Source of the DNA: Callorhinchus milii
Lineage: Eukaryota
Direction: 5' to 3'
Assembly (NCBI RefSeq): GCF_018977255.1
Contig: NW_024704742.1
Span: forward strand, 2,482,001 to 2,546,000
Length of the DNA stretch: 64,000 bases
The translations under genes were made by a program, and so were the position numbers. Below, piece by piece: positions 14,203 through 25,721 of this stretch (the stretch's first letter is position 1; every line of letters starts with the position of its first letter). The notes under the pieces are model-generated. The model was given only the letters and a program-made list of their open reading frames with translations. It ran no database searches and had not been told where the DNA came from.

Positions 14203-14395
14203 TAACTATACAGTGCAGTAAGGGTTAAAATATTCCCAGCTCGGAGAGAATGATCCCAACGCCTTGGGAAGTCCTCCCGACGTGAAAGGGGCAATACGAA
14301 TGTCATTTTGTTGTTGTTTTTATCAGGAGTGAGAAAATCACGATAAATGGGTAAAAAAAAGGGCATATTTTAACCCTTACCGCACTGTATAGTTA
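14203..14395. mobile_element. MITE-like element with 35-bp terminal inverted repeats
   Basis: taactatacagtgcagtaagggttaaaatattccc (14203-14237) versus gggcatattttaacccttaccgcactgtatagtta (14361-14395), 33/35 complementary. Confidence 0.75.
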
Positions 14396-14769
14396 CATTT
14401 GATATAGTGCCTTTCACGTTAGGTGGTATCTCGGAACACTTCACAGGATTTACCGTAAAGTTCAGTCAAACACAACGGACAATTTGGAGATCGCAACGTC
14501 CCACAGAATGATTGCCTCAGTAGGATTGTGATCCCATAAATAGGATTCAGATAGTAAACCCAGAAAAATATTTTCAGATCCAGTGCTAAAAGGCAGCAGA
14601 ACAAAAAGGGATAGGTCCAAAGTGGCGGAGTACAATTCCGTCAGAGAAATAAGCATTTGCACAGATGGCAAACAGAAGAAGATCATTCAGTTCATGTGGT
14701 CACATCTTTCCAGAATGCCTTCCTAAGTGACTTCTAATTTCAGTGTAATGCTGTTTCTTAAATGAGGAT

Positions 14770-15097
14770 AACATCTTGGACTGCTTTACAGGAAGAGGGT
14801 TGGACAAAAAGTGAGGGGCGGAAGGGGAGGGAGAGAGGAAGGTGTGTTCAATGAGGTAGGATTTGAGGTGGGACTTAAATATAGAAAGAGAGGTGGTGAG
14901 AAGGAATGATAAAGGGAGGGAGTTCCAGTGTTTAGGGCCATAGGAGCTATCCGCTCAGTCGCTGTTGGCAGGGACAGTCAGCAAGCATAAGGTGGCAAAA
15001 CAGACTGGGGGAACGGAGAACAGAGTAGGAGGGGATTGGAGAGATAGGGAGAGGTAGCGGATGGATCTGTAGTTGGGACTGAGGACTTTGAAATTCA
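14770..15097 (-). mobile_element. L2 LINE 3' fragment
   Basis: Minus strand reads FKVL...HWNSLPLS...IFKSHLKSYL, the decayed L2 ORF2 C-terminus. Confidence 0.7.
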
Positions 15098-15220
15098 GCC
15101 TCCATCCCTGTCCTCCCTGATTCCCAACCCCCTGCTCAGGTCCATACCCCTGACTGTCCAGGGCCTTGGGACGTCCTCCTGACGTGAAAGGCACTGTACA
15201 AATGTAACTGTGTATTGCAT
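15098..15220 (+). mobile_element. L2 LINE 3' terminus
   Basis: tgtccagggccttgggacgtcctcctgacgtgaaaggcactgtacaaatgtaactgtgtattg. Confidence 0.7.
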
Positions 15221-15530
15221 TATTATTTTAAAGCCTAACTGAGTATTTCAGAGAAATTTGGGTGCGATGTGATTCTTTTTAAACTTCCTACATGCGCTAT
15301 GTTGGATTCCTCAGTATTGAAAGGGTAAATCTACTAAATGTTTTGTGCTATGAAATATTCTTTTGTCATGTCAAAGGCTACCAAGTCGTGCACTGAGCAT
15401 GGAAAATATGAATAGTCAGAAAGTGTTAAACCTTGCCTGTGATTATAAATTAATACACGTGTATTAATATTCTGGGATAACTGATTAATTGCATTAGAAC
15501 TATCAGCTCATATAAAAATTAACACACATC

Positions 15531-15800
15531 TGCCAGCCTGACTCCGTTGGTAGTATTTTCAGCTCAGAGTCTGAAGGTTCTCTGTTCAAGATCCATGTCG
15601 AGACTTTGATCCGATAGTCTTGGGTGAAGCTGTAATGCATTGCTGGGGTGCACTGCATTATTGTAGTTTGCGTCCTTCAGGTGAGCTATTAAACTGAAGT
15701 CCCACCTACCTTCTCAAGTGGATGTTGAAGGTCTCAAGACACAAGCCGAAAGCGAGAAGGGTTTTTCTCCTGATGTGCGGGCCAAAAATTGCCCCGATAA
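15531..15800 (+). mobile_element. Older Deu-type SINE (family B), diverged
   Basis: gccagcctgactccgttggtag...gagtctgaaggttctctgttcaag...ccttcaggtgagctattaaactgaagtccc. Confidence 0.7.
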
Positions 15801-15832
15801 GAAGTTGGTCCTTCGTTTATTGCGTGAAAATG

Positions 15833-16031
15833 AATTGGACGTGAAAAAGTTCTTTCACACGAATGAGTAAAAAAAAACATTCGAACATTCACCCCATTGG
15901 ATGTTATAAATTAAAGGTTAAACAATTGTTCTTTAACCTGCATTTAAGGAACACATTCATTACTCCAGAATCACGTTCCAAAGTTCTGTTTTTTTACTCA
16001 TTCGTGTGAAAGAACTTTTTCACGGCCAATT
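15833..16031. mobile_element. MITE-like fold-back element with about 45-bp terminal inverted repeats
   Basis: aattggacgtgaaaaagttctttcacacgaatgagtaaaaaaaaaca versus tgtttttttactcattcgtgtgaaagaactttttcacggccaatt: one substitution plus an A-run length difference. Confidence 0.8.
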
Positions 16032-16489
16032 ACCAATTCTTTCTGTTTCCCGTTTAGATTTGAAAGGCTCAGCCCACGCTCGTGACCGCATTTAAGGGAG
16101 ACGAAAATAAGGATTGGAATGCTAAAAGCCACGGCAGAAGAGTAGGGAATTGGGAAGAGTATTTTATCCTGTTGAGCTGATATCAGCGTGAACTCAGTGG
16201 GCTGAATGGTGTCCTTCTGTGCTTTAATTTCCAGGGTTCAATATCTCTTCCTCTGCAATTCTTTTCTCTGGTGAGGATAGGATGCCTGCTCTCTTTTCAA
16301 TTCATGTTACAGTATATTCTGTGAAGCGCTCTGAGACATCTCGCTGACGTGATAAGGCGCTACATCGAATGCGAGGTTTGTTCGTATCCTTAATTCCCAT
16401 TGTTGAGCCCTTCCAGTGTATTCGGGTTTTCTTGTCTTCCCCTCTCCAAATAAGAACAAACCGTTGGGTTTGATGGCATATCCTTTCTA

Positions 16490-16860
16490 TCCCTGATGGC
16501 AAAGTGGACAGAATTGAAGCTTATGGTACAGCAATTCGCTACTTCAAGTCCTGGTCTGTGCTCACCCCAGTTCTGGCTGCAGAGGGATGTTAAATTCGAC
16601 CTGGTCTTCCCAGGGTTAGGAGAGCGGGAAACCTGCCAGGATTCCTGCTCCTGGTCTCGGTACAGAACCTTCTCCTGGTTGTGCTCACGTGTGGCAGCTG
16701 GGGGAGGAGAGATCAGGCGCAGGTGTGACTCTTTGCAATCGAGTGGCCTGTCCACAGTGACTGCCAAGTCTCACACGTGAAAAATGGCCAATTAGGCAGA
16801 GTACCAGAGAATAACTAGCGCCCACTGAACACACCCCAGAAAGAGGAGGCCAGAGCAGGA
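16490..16860 (+). mobile_element. Ancient SINE (family C, resembles AmnSINE2 as I recall it)
   Basis: ccaggattcctgctcctg...gactgccaagtctcacacgtgaaaaatggccaattaggcagagtaccagag; related copies elsewhere in the window. Confidence 0.6.
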
Positions 16861-16947
16861 GCAGAGAATTAACAATTGGACACACTTTTTTTTCCATCAA
16901 AAGAACTACCCACTGATTCTTGTTTGGGTACAATATTTTGACCAAAT

Positions 16948-17261
16948 ATAATAATAATCCTTGCATTTGATATAGTGCTTTTCACGTCTTCTCGACGTCT
17001 CAAAGCGCTTCACAGAATATACTGTAAGGTGAATTGACTGTATATTTGTGGGCGAAACGCAGCAGCCAATTGCGCACAGCAGCGTCCCCACAAACAGCCG
17101 TGGATTGAAGTGACCAATTTATTATTGTTTTTTTTTTCTTGAGACATTATTATCAGGCGTGTGGAGTAAGGAAACTTGCCCAAGGTTTCGACGTGCCAGG
17201 AATCGAACCCAGGTCTCTCGCTTGCGAGGTGAGTGCTCTAATCACTGAGCTACAGGACTCC
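16948..17261 (-). mobile_element. Young SINE family A, near full length with internal deletion
   Basis: ataataatccttgcatttgatatag...ggaatcgaacccaggtctctcgcttgcgaggtgagtgctctaatcactgagctacaggactcc (A and B boxes on the minus strand). Confidence 0.9.
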
Positions 17262-17279
17262 ATATGTTATTCTTCACTT

Positions 17280-17552
17280 GTTCGCTTTGTGAGCCTTGAT
17301 ATACTCCGAGACCATTGGTAGCAAGTCATGTCCTTTCTTCACTCAGTATCCAAACCCCTATGCTCTCCAGCAGAAATTACGAGAAAAGTAACTGAGTGTT
17401 TGATGCTTCTGTTCACTAGTTGAAGGATATTGCTGCCAAATGTGCTTCTGCCTTTATCTCAGCCAGGATCAGCTAACTGATCTTAGACCTTCCTGAGACA
17501 TATTATTTAATTCTACAGCAGGCGGTGAATTTACCAACTGAGTCATTGGGTC
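17280..17552 (-). mobile_element. Ancient SINE family C, diverged
   Basis: ccaggatcagctaact...gaccttcctg...tttaccaactgagtcattgg is complementary to the head at 46190-46290. Confidence 0.55.
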
Positions 17553-18829
17553 CTTTGTGTTTTTCAGAAGTACAATGGCCAAAACTGAGTCCACCGCTTT
17601 CAATTGTGTTCTCACTGAAACATTATTGAGTTAGTATCACTTCTCTCAATTGCCTCTATAGATTTACTTATGCACTCTAATATTCCATTCAACCTGGCAG
17701 TTTTTACTGTTACGTATATCTTTAATGCTCAGGGAACTTCATAGCTAAATTGTACATCAGATGCACCTTCTTTCTTACACCTCTCATTGTGCAATGTTTG
17801 CTATTTCTAGCATTGGGATGCATTTAACTTCTATTTCTCAAAACGAAACGTCAAAAGTTATTGCAGATCAGATGAGGTTTCGGTGCGCAAAGCTTTTCCG
17901 ATCAGATAGAAGCTTAAATGTTTCAAACCCGCTGCCGATCGCTCATTCAAGACCAGATATACTCTATTTCGCACGTCAGTGTGATCTGATGTGTACTACT
18001 TCATGTTTTAAAGCAATTCTCACAAGGGTAAGTGGGGAGGGGAGTTGCAGAGTAACAGAGTCGTTATGCTACCATTGGTGGATGGTAGAAGAAGGGCAAA
18101 GGGCAACGGTTTCAAGCTCGGATGAACAAATCTAACCAGACTGAACGTGAGGGTAAACTGCCTCATGATTCATGAGCAGTTCATGAATATTTCACTGGGT
18201 TACAGGTATACTGACCTGCTTTGCCTGCAGCGTTAGGCGTCGACACAAATCAACTTTCTTTTCGCACTTTTTATTTAGATTTTTTTCGTGTGTTGCGCAA
18301 ATTTGGAAACATTTATTTGCGGTGAATATTTGCGCGTTTCGGCTGCAATTTTTCGCCTTTCCTTTGGATTTGATATTGCGCCTTTTACGTCAGGAGGAAG
18401 TCGCCAGGCGCATCACAGGATCTACCGTGAAGTCTATTTTGTAGGCAAATTCGGCAATGGATTTGCGCGCAGCAACATCCCACGAAAAATTCTTCCTGAT
18501 TTCAAATAAATTTCAGGTGCCGGGCTAAGACTAAGTTGAATTTTAAGCGTCTGTGACATCCCCAAAAACATGGCATTCAATTCAGCCCAAGGTTGGACAC
18601 CTTGTCAGATACGTCTGACTTGATGTAAAAATGCTACAAGTGAAACAACATTTAGATTTTCTCTTCTTTTTTTTAAAAAAAAAAGCCCTTCTGATCAACT
18701 GATCCGTTCCCAATGTCATTTCCAGATGGAGACACAGGACAAAGGGTTTGGCTTTGCAGGAGATGTTATACTTGCACACGTCAGGCACCAGCTCTTCCCT
18801 GTTGGTTCAGCCTTTCCAGTGATTGCGAT

Positions 18830-18996
18830 TTGGGTTAAAGCACTTGCCTCGCATGCGAGAAGACCCGGGTTTGATTCCCGGGCAGGGCGAAACCTTAGGC
18901 AAGTTTCCTTGCTCCACACGTCTCTGTTTACCTTGCAGAAGATAGGAAACCGGTTGTCAATCGATTGCAAGGATTATTATTAGTAGTAGTAGTAGT
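18830..18996 (+). mobile_element. Family A SINE lacking its 3' body (head fused directly to tail)
   Basis: ggttaaagcacttgcctcgcatgcgagaagacccgggtttgattcccgggcagggcgaaacc...ccggttgtcaatcgat|tgcaaggattattattagtagtag. Confidence 0.85.
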
Positions 18997-19734
18997 ACAT
19001 GTCCCTGGAAGCAATAAATAAAGCAGCGTTTATAACCCAGGACTGCGTTCAAACTTAAAAATTTAAATGAGCTGAGGGAATGCCACATAGGAGAAGAAAA
19101 AAAACTAATGGAAGCATACAAAATCCATTGAGATCATCACGTCCGTGGTACAAGTAAAGGTTGTTCGTTCAGTCTATCAACTTTATTATGCTTTACAGAT
19201 TAGCTTGAATGTACTTGCCTCTCCCTCTCATTATAAGCCATAATGCCTTTACCGCACCATTGACTTGTAATGAAAGAACATTATCAGATGAGAACCCTTA
19301 ATTTCAGGTTATGTCCTTCTATGCTCTGATAAAGCAAAACTCTTTCCAAACATCTTTTTAAAAGACTCAGCAACCGCCATAGAAATAGGCAGTGAGTTAT
19401 TCCTCAATGTTAAGTGAGAACTTAATTGTTGTTCAGTTCGGAGTTTCTCGATTGTGAAATGTAGTCCAGCGGCCTGCACTTCAGAATCATTTCTATGAAT
19501 TAATTAGTCTCCACTTTACTCATTCTCCTGAATGCTTGAGAGAAAAAAAATTGAATTACGTCTCTTCTCGATCTTACTCCTTCTAAAGAGAAACTAGGCT
19601 GCTGTGGCTTATTGTCCTGTTAACATGTTAATTGAAAGCAACCCAATAGGAGTGAGGAGATTAAAGAAACGTTTATAAAGCAAAACGTGACATTAGCTTT
19701 CCAAAGAGGAACAAAATATGACATTGAATGACAT

Positions 19735-20120
19735 AGGATTTGATATAGTGACGGTACGTTAAGACAGTCTCAAAGCACTTCACGGGATTTACTGTAAAGT
19801 GCAGCGACTGTGTATTTTGCACACAGCTGTGGGCACAAACAGCCGGGAAGTGAGTGACCAATTTTATTCGGAGGATTGTTGGCCAGGACGCAGTGAGAAT
19901 CTCCCTTCTTTTTTCGAGTAGTGCCAAGGGATCTTTAACCTCCGCCTGAGCAAGAAGACAGGGCCCTAGTTTTGATATCTCATCCAAAGGACGGCACTGA
20001 CGTCACCGCACACGCCCAGCATTTCGGTGGAGTGTCATCCTGGATCGTGAGCTCAAAGTCCCTACCAAGGCTTGAACCAACAGTTGTGTGACTGAGAGGT
20101 GAAAGTGCCACCAAACAAAC
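19735..20120 (-). mobile_element. Older Deu-type SINE (family B), near full length
   Basis: ggccaggac...gtgccaagggatctttaac...catccaaaggacggcac...ggcttgaaccaacagttgtgtgactgagaggtgaaagtgc. Confidence 0.75.
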
Positions 20121-20574
20121 TAGACTGGAATAGAAAAATAAAGATTGGAAAGGCGGAGACGTCTAAGGAAGATGTCGGCGCGTGAGTTTCTCCCTGCTCC
20201 CTTCCTCCCTCCACCACCACCAACCAACACACACACACACACATACAACAAATTATAGCAGTTTATAGAAGTGAGTCGAAATACAATTCTAATTGCAAGC
20301 GAGGATCCAAACACATGAAGTGTCAGCGCCTTTGCCTGTAGCGTAACAGTTAAAAGACGCTCGTAGGACTCCTGCGTGTACATTGTTCAAGTGAGCTTCG
20401 TGATCCAATTTTTTTTTAATAGTGGATTGCTGCGGGGGGGGTGGGGGTGGGAAATAGAAAAACAATCTTCAAAGTTACTTGTTAAATCGCATGAGATTTA
20501 TGTTTAAACCTTCAGCGCCTTTCCCACTGCAGTTTGCGTTCTTCTGATCATCCGTTGTTATACAATTTTATCAA

Positions 20575-20860
20575 CAACAACGACAGCAATTTACATTTAT
20601 ATTACCACCTTTCATGTACTGAGGACATTGCAAAATGCTTCACAGCTGACGTGAGGGTGCCTGATGTGGCGGGGGTGGGGGCGCAGGGGTTGGGGGGGGT
20701 GGGGGTGCAGAGGAGGGGAAATTGTCCAGAAGGGCAGTCGTGTTTTGAAGACTGCGAGGCAGGGAATGAGGCGGAGAAATTCTGTGAAACAATTTGTAAG
20801 AGTGGGGACAGAACGACTGAGACGTGGGAGGTTAAGATTGACGAGAACTAGTCTCCCCAC
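20575..20860 (-). mobile_element. L2 LINE 3' end
   Basis: caacaacgacagcaatttacatttatattaccacctttcatg followed by G-rich 3' UTR; minus strand reads ...LAVFKTRLPF. Confidence 0.65.
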
Positions 20861-22779
20861 GTGCATACACACCCTAATGCTCAAATCAATCTGTGAGCTT
20901 TTTATGTGAGCTTTCCAGGAAGCTCACATAAAAAAATGACAATGTCTTAAAGGGACAATTTAATACACCAGCAGGTAGAAATGGGAATCAATAGACAGAT
21001 GTGATCTTTCCATTTTACAACTTCTATCGATGCATTTGAAACCTTCCCGGTTATTTCAGTGGAGGGATTTGGATCCCGCTAATTTATCACTTGTAAACCT
21101 TTCTCTACAACGATCTGGAATTAACTCTGTCTGCTAATCCACATGCGCCTCTGTGGAACAGCATTGTTTGCCGCTTTTGCCATTCTGCAAAGTACTCTTT
21201 GTCGACTGCTGGGGCTGAAATGATTTCCAGAGAGAGAAGGAAAGCAGCAGCAGTTTGGCAGCAGGTGCCTCCGACGTAGTCGATTCCAGACTCGTCACCC
21301 TTATCAAGCTTTGCTTTGCTTGGCAAGAATGCTTGATAAGGATGACTGTCTGAATTTGGCTTTCATTTCAAGCTGTTATTGTTGCGTTTAGCTGATTCGT
21401 GTTCTGTTGAGTCGAGAATCAGAGATGATGTCCGCGCAGATGATGTCCACAGGCAATCTCAATGTGAGTTAAGAGTGGAAATAGAGAAAGTGATGCAAGT
21501 TAATGTGATGGCAGACAATTATGGCACTTACAATCAATCCAGAAACTTTGGGCTTCCCGTGCTGTGATTTGCAAACAGCGCACAAAGACCCGGGGCCCAG
21601 GGTAGCGTGTAACAGGATTGTAGAGGAGGGGTTGCTTTTAGTGCACGTGCAGCGGAGGAGGGAGTCGGTAGCAGATTCCGTGGAGAAAGCGCGGCCCGCC
21701 CGTGTCTATCGGCTCAGGTTGTGATCCAGGTGCGGTCGCAGGAGGGAACGTGGCATTGTTTCCAGTCACGGGGCAGCTTGGAGTGGGAAAAGCAGCTGTT
21801 GCGTGCTCTGAGTCGCCCTTACCCAGGAATAAGTGTCTAAACTCCCGGTCCGAAACTCTTGTCTGTCCAGAGCCTTGAGGCGGTCCTCCCGATGTGAAAG
21901 ACGCCATATCAAATGCAAGGATTATTATTATTATTACACAAATGTCATTGTGTTGTTGTTGGTGTTGTTGGTGCTGTTAATTCCAAACCCCCCGCCCCCC
22001 GTATGTGTCCGTTTCTATGCTCACTGCCTGCTAACATCCACGCTTGAGATTACAGTCCCTCACTATATCGCTATATCACGGTTACACACTGCACAGCTGC
22101 AATTTTTTAAAGACCAAATCTTTTTTCAGTTAATCTTCCGCATATTTTAAATGTGAGCAAGTGTCTAAATAATTGAAATGATCACAGCAGGGGGTGAATG
22201 GCTTGAATTGGTGCTTTCTTGGCTGAACATGCACCCTTTTTGTACACTGTACATAAAAGGTTTTATATGTGTATTGTATATATAGATATAATTGGCATTC
22301 AAACATGAATTGCAAAGAAAATTGAAAATGCTCTTGATTCAGAATCTTCAACATGGAGATTTGTACCACACTTTCTTCAACAATGAGAGATAGTGTGAGA
22401 AAGTAGAGACAGAGACATCTACATAAAGTATCTGTCTGATTGATAGGCACAACGGACCAATTTCTAAGCTGGGCGCAGGCTTGTCACATTCATGATATGA
22501 ATAATAATTCTGAATACAAGTAATAAATCAGATCTGGATAAAGTCCTGGCCAACAATCCACCCCTCCTCGCCCCCCCCCCCCCCCCCGAATAAAAAATAG
22601 TTGGTCACTCACTCCATGGTTGCTTTGGGAATCTAACTTAAGAAGAACTTTTAAGTACAATTTCTGTGCTGCAAATAGGAAATTGAGGCAGAGAAAATTA
22701 TTGGGAAAATGATTATTTGTGGCCCGAATTTCAATCTGTGGATATTTGTAAACAACAACATTTTTACCATCGGTGGTCA

Positions 22780-23033
22780 GACTTTCAGCGTATCTGCCTG
22801 CCTCTCTGAACCTCCATCCTGCTGTACTTTCAACTCACCCCTTCCTTTGCCTCTTTAAGTTCCACCTCATCACATTCCTCTTTGACTGTGTTTTCAGCCA
22901 TTCCCCCCTCCCCTGCCCATGTCCTCACCTGAACCTCTCAACCCTACCCACGCCACAGCTCGGGTGTAAACTCTGGACTCTCCAGTGCCTTGAGATCCAG
23001 TCCCAACATGAAAGGCACTTATATAAATGTAAA
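22780..23033 (+). mobile_element. L2 LINE 3' end
   Basis: Reads LFKFHLITFLFDCVFSH, then C-rich UTR and ccagtgccttgagat...tgaaaggcacttatataaatgtaa. Confidence 0.75.
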
Positions 23034-23034
23034 T

Positions 23035-23375
23035 ATGGAGCCAAGGGACGGGGGAAGAGTGAAAGATGACCAAAGGCACAGTCAAACGAGAAGCTCTTGA
23101 GACAGACCTCGAGGGAGGCGGGGAAGGGGCGAGGCAGAGACACTTCGGGATGGAATGCTGGAGGGTGGGGACAGCAAGGCTGGCCACCGATAGTGGGTCA
23201 AGCAGAGTGAGGGATTGGAAACTGCTCAATGCCTGCCGAGTGGAGGAAGCGGGCGTGTTATTAAGGCTTTAAAAGGTAGCGTAAGCCGGGAGTGATTTAA
23301 AAGCAAAGACTTGACTTCAGTCGTCTGGGAGATGGGGAGCCAATGGATCCGGTTGAGGATGGGGATGATTAGCTC
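23035..23375 (-). mobile_element. L2 LINE ORF2 C-terminal fragment
   Basis: Minus-strand frames give IIPILNRIHWLPISQ and LEVCLKSFSFDCAFGH (L2 ITPVL..LHWLP and LKT.LF..AF motifs). Confidence 0.75.
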
Positions 23376-23759
23376 ATAGAGCCTAATGTGGAACCTATTG
23401 TTATTCAAAAGCAATACTGTTACATTCTTAAAGGGTTTCACACAATATTGTTTACCATTGGCATTAATGTCGTCTCCATTCACACAGTGCTTCTGCCGTG
23501 GAATTGAGATCCCCAAAACTAATTGAACCCTGGGGTTACGGCCTCATGATTCAGTTAGTTTGCTATTTGCCATGTCGGTGTTTGTACACCGTGACTGTGT
23601 TTAAACATTCATTTAGTCAGATGTAAAAGACTCACTAGTATAAATTTGGATCATTTCCAACTTGAAGCCATTTTTGCACATGAGCTTCACAAGTTCCAGC
23701 CCTAATTATTTTCCTGCCTCAACTCGCCAAGCATTAGAAATCAATTTCGGCCTTTACAA

Positions 23760-23955
23760 ATTATATTTCATCCACTGGAATACTTCCAATCCGTCTCCAT
23801 CTATCTTTAAATCCCTTGAAAACCTATCTCTTCGATCAGGCCTATGGTCAGATTCCCCCCTGTTGCCTTGTCCGGTGCTCAGCCCCTCCATTTGAGCAGC
23901 ATTCCAAGATGCTATTCTACGTGAAGGGCACCATATCAACGCAAGCTGTTGTTGT
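23760..23955 (+). mobile_element. L2 LINE 3' end
   Basis: ccttgaaaacctatctcttcgatcaggcctatgg (LKTYLFDQAYG)...gtgaagggcaccatatcaacgcaagctgttgttg. Confidence 0.75.
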
Positions 23956-25436
23956 TTGCCTCACTTGCTTTGGAAACTCTCCGGATCAGTTAAAGTTCAT
24001 AAAAATATGAGGTGACTGTAAGAAACATCTAACCTATTGGTGAGGAAGGCTTGGATAAAGTATCTAGCAATGGAGGTGTGGTGTGGGAGGGCTGTAATGT
24101 TCCAGCAGTGGAAAATGACTGTCCTGGTGGCTGTGGCCAGTTGATCAATATAGAAGAGCTGGACAGGGAGTTTGGAATTGAATCCAATTCCGATTGAATT
24201 CTAATTGAATCATCAGAAACGAGATGGATTCCGAGAGATCAGAGCCAAAGAAATGGATATCGGGGAAAAAAATGGCTATTTTGCTGTCGGCCTGACACAT
24301 GCTATCATCCTGCTTCAGAGTGTCCAAACCAGACTGTTGTTTGTGAGCTACACATGGAAATTTCTCTGTGCCTGGAATGGAATGAACACCCTCTTTTTCC
24401 TGTTCACATCGAGAGGATACCCCAAGGTGCTGTACAGTTAACAGTTTGCACCCTTGGTTCTTACCAACCTGCATCTAAACTCTTCGGGATTAAGTGTGCA
24501 GGTGTTGTTGTCTCAGTTCCCCCCCGCCCCAGCCCCTCCGACGGAGAGTGTGTGCATTATATTCCAGACACAGAGACATTTTCATATATACGTGGAACTC
24601 ACAGCAATTTGTTTTGATTTTGCTTAATGATGATGATAGTTTTCCCGGTAAGTCAGACACCTGTTTGTGGGGGGAAAGAAAAATTCAATGGTGTTAATTG
24701 ACCTAACTGAAGGAACTTATAGGAACTCTGTGATTATTCCACTCGGGAAAAAAAAACATAAAGTATGGACAGGGAAAGAGAGAGGAGAGGATTAAACTGG
24801 GGAATTTAACACCAACACATATTCCACGGGCCAAATGATTTCCTTGTGTGCTGTAAACTTTCCATGATTCATCTAACTAAAGCTTCTGAAGTGAATATAA
24901 TAGACTGTAATAGTCCACATATTGAACTGTAATAGACTGTAAACAAAACCACAAACACACACACAAACTCAAACACGGGGAATATATCTATAAATAGAAT
25001 AGTGCACTATATCATACTATAAGCAACATAGTGCCAGTCCTCATCCCCTTGTGACTGTCTTCCCCTTTGAAATAAAGACAACGAGACCACACATTTGTAC
25101 CACTTGTTTCAATGGAGAACCATTGCACTACATTTTAACCATCACATCCTTACCCAGTCTTCAGCTTTCTCAGTAATGAAGTGTTCGCTTCTCACCAGAT
25201 CACAATATTGCTTTATCTGTTGAATTGTGTCTCTTGGCCGTGAAAGCCCTTCGGCCCGTGTGATCTGAATGTTTCCTTCATCGAAAATTCGACAGGGAGA
25301 TCCAATTCCTTTTCATTCCCATCTCCACAAGTTGAAAGTATTTATTTCATAAAGTCGAAGTTACAAAGTTAAAGTTATTTTATTACAAGTATCTTACTCA
25401 CAGCTGTGTTCCTATGTTTCTTTGCTCTTCTTTCAG

Positions 25437-25721
25437 CGTGTGACCTGATGAACCAAGGCATTTTAGCGCTCATCAGCTCCATTGGCTGCATATCGGCGAG
25501 TTCTCTCCAATCCCTGTCTGATGCCATGCACATTCCTCACCTCTTCGTACAACGGACAACATCAGGATCACCAAGGAGCGGCTGCGGCATTAACAGGACC
25601 AATAGGAACCAAAACTACACCCTCTCCGTCCGTCCGCCGGTCTATCTGAACGAAGTTATTCTCAGGGTTATTCTGGAATTCGCTTGGCAGAAATTCATCA
25701 TCTTCTACGACAGTGACTACG
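25437..25721 (+). CDS. GRID2: GRID2-like coding exon (exon 3 equivalent), 285 nt, phase 1-1
   Basis: Acceptor tttgctcttctttcag|CG, donor TACG|gtaaac. Encodes (A)[39 protein letters not shown]...[30 protein letters not shown], matching GluD2 [12 protein letters not shown]...[12 protein letters not shown]. Confidence 0.96.

Noticed and set aside
1..25436. Exons 1-2 of the gene, or a nested protein-coding gene
   Set aside because: I found no sequence resembling GAIFD...NNPFQAVQE and no recognisable protein among the ORFs; treated as intron. A short or diverged exon could have been missed.
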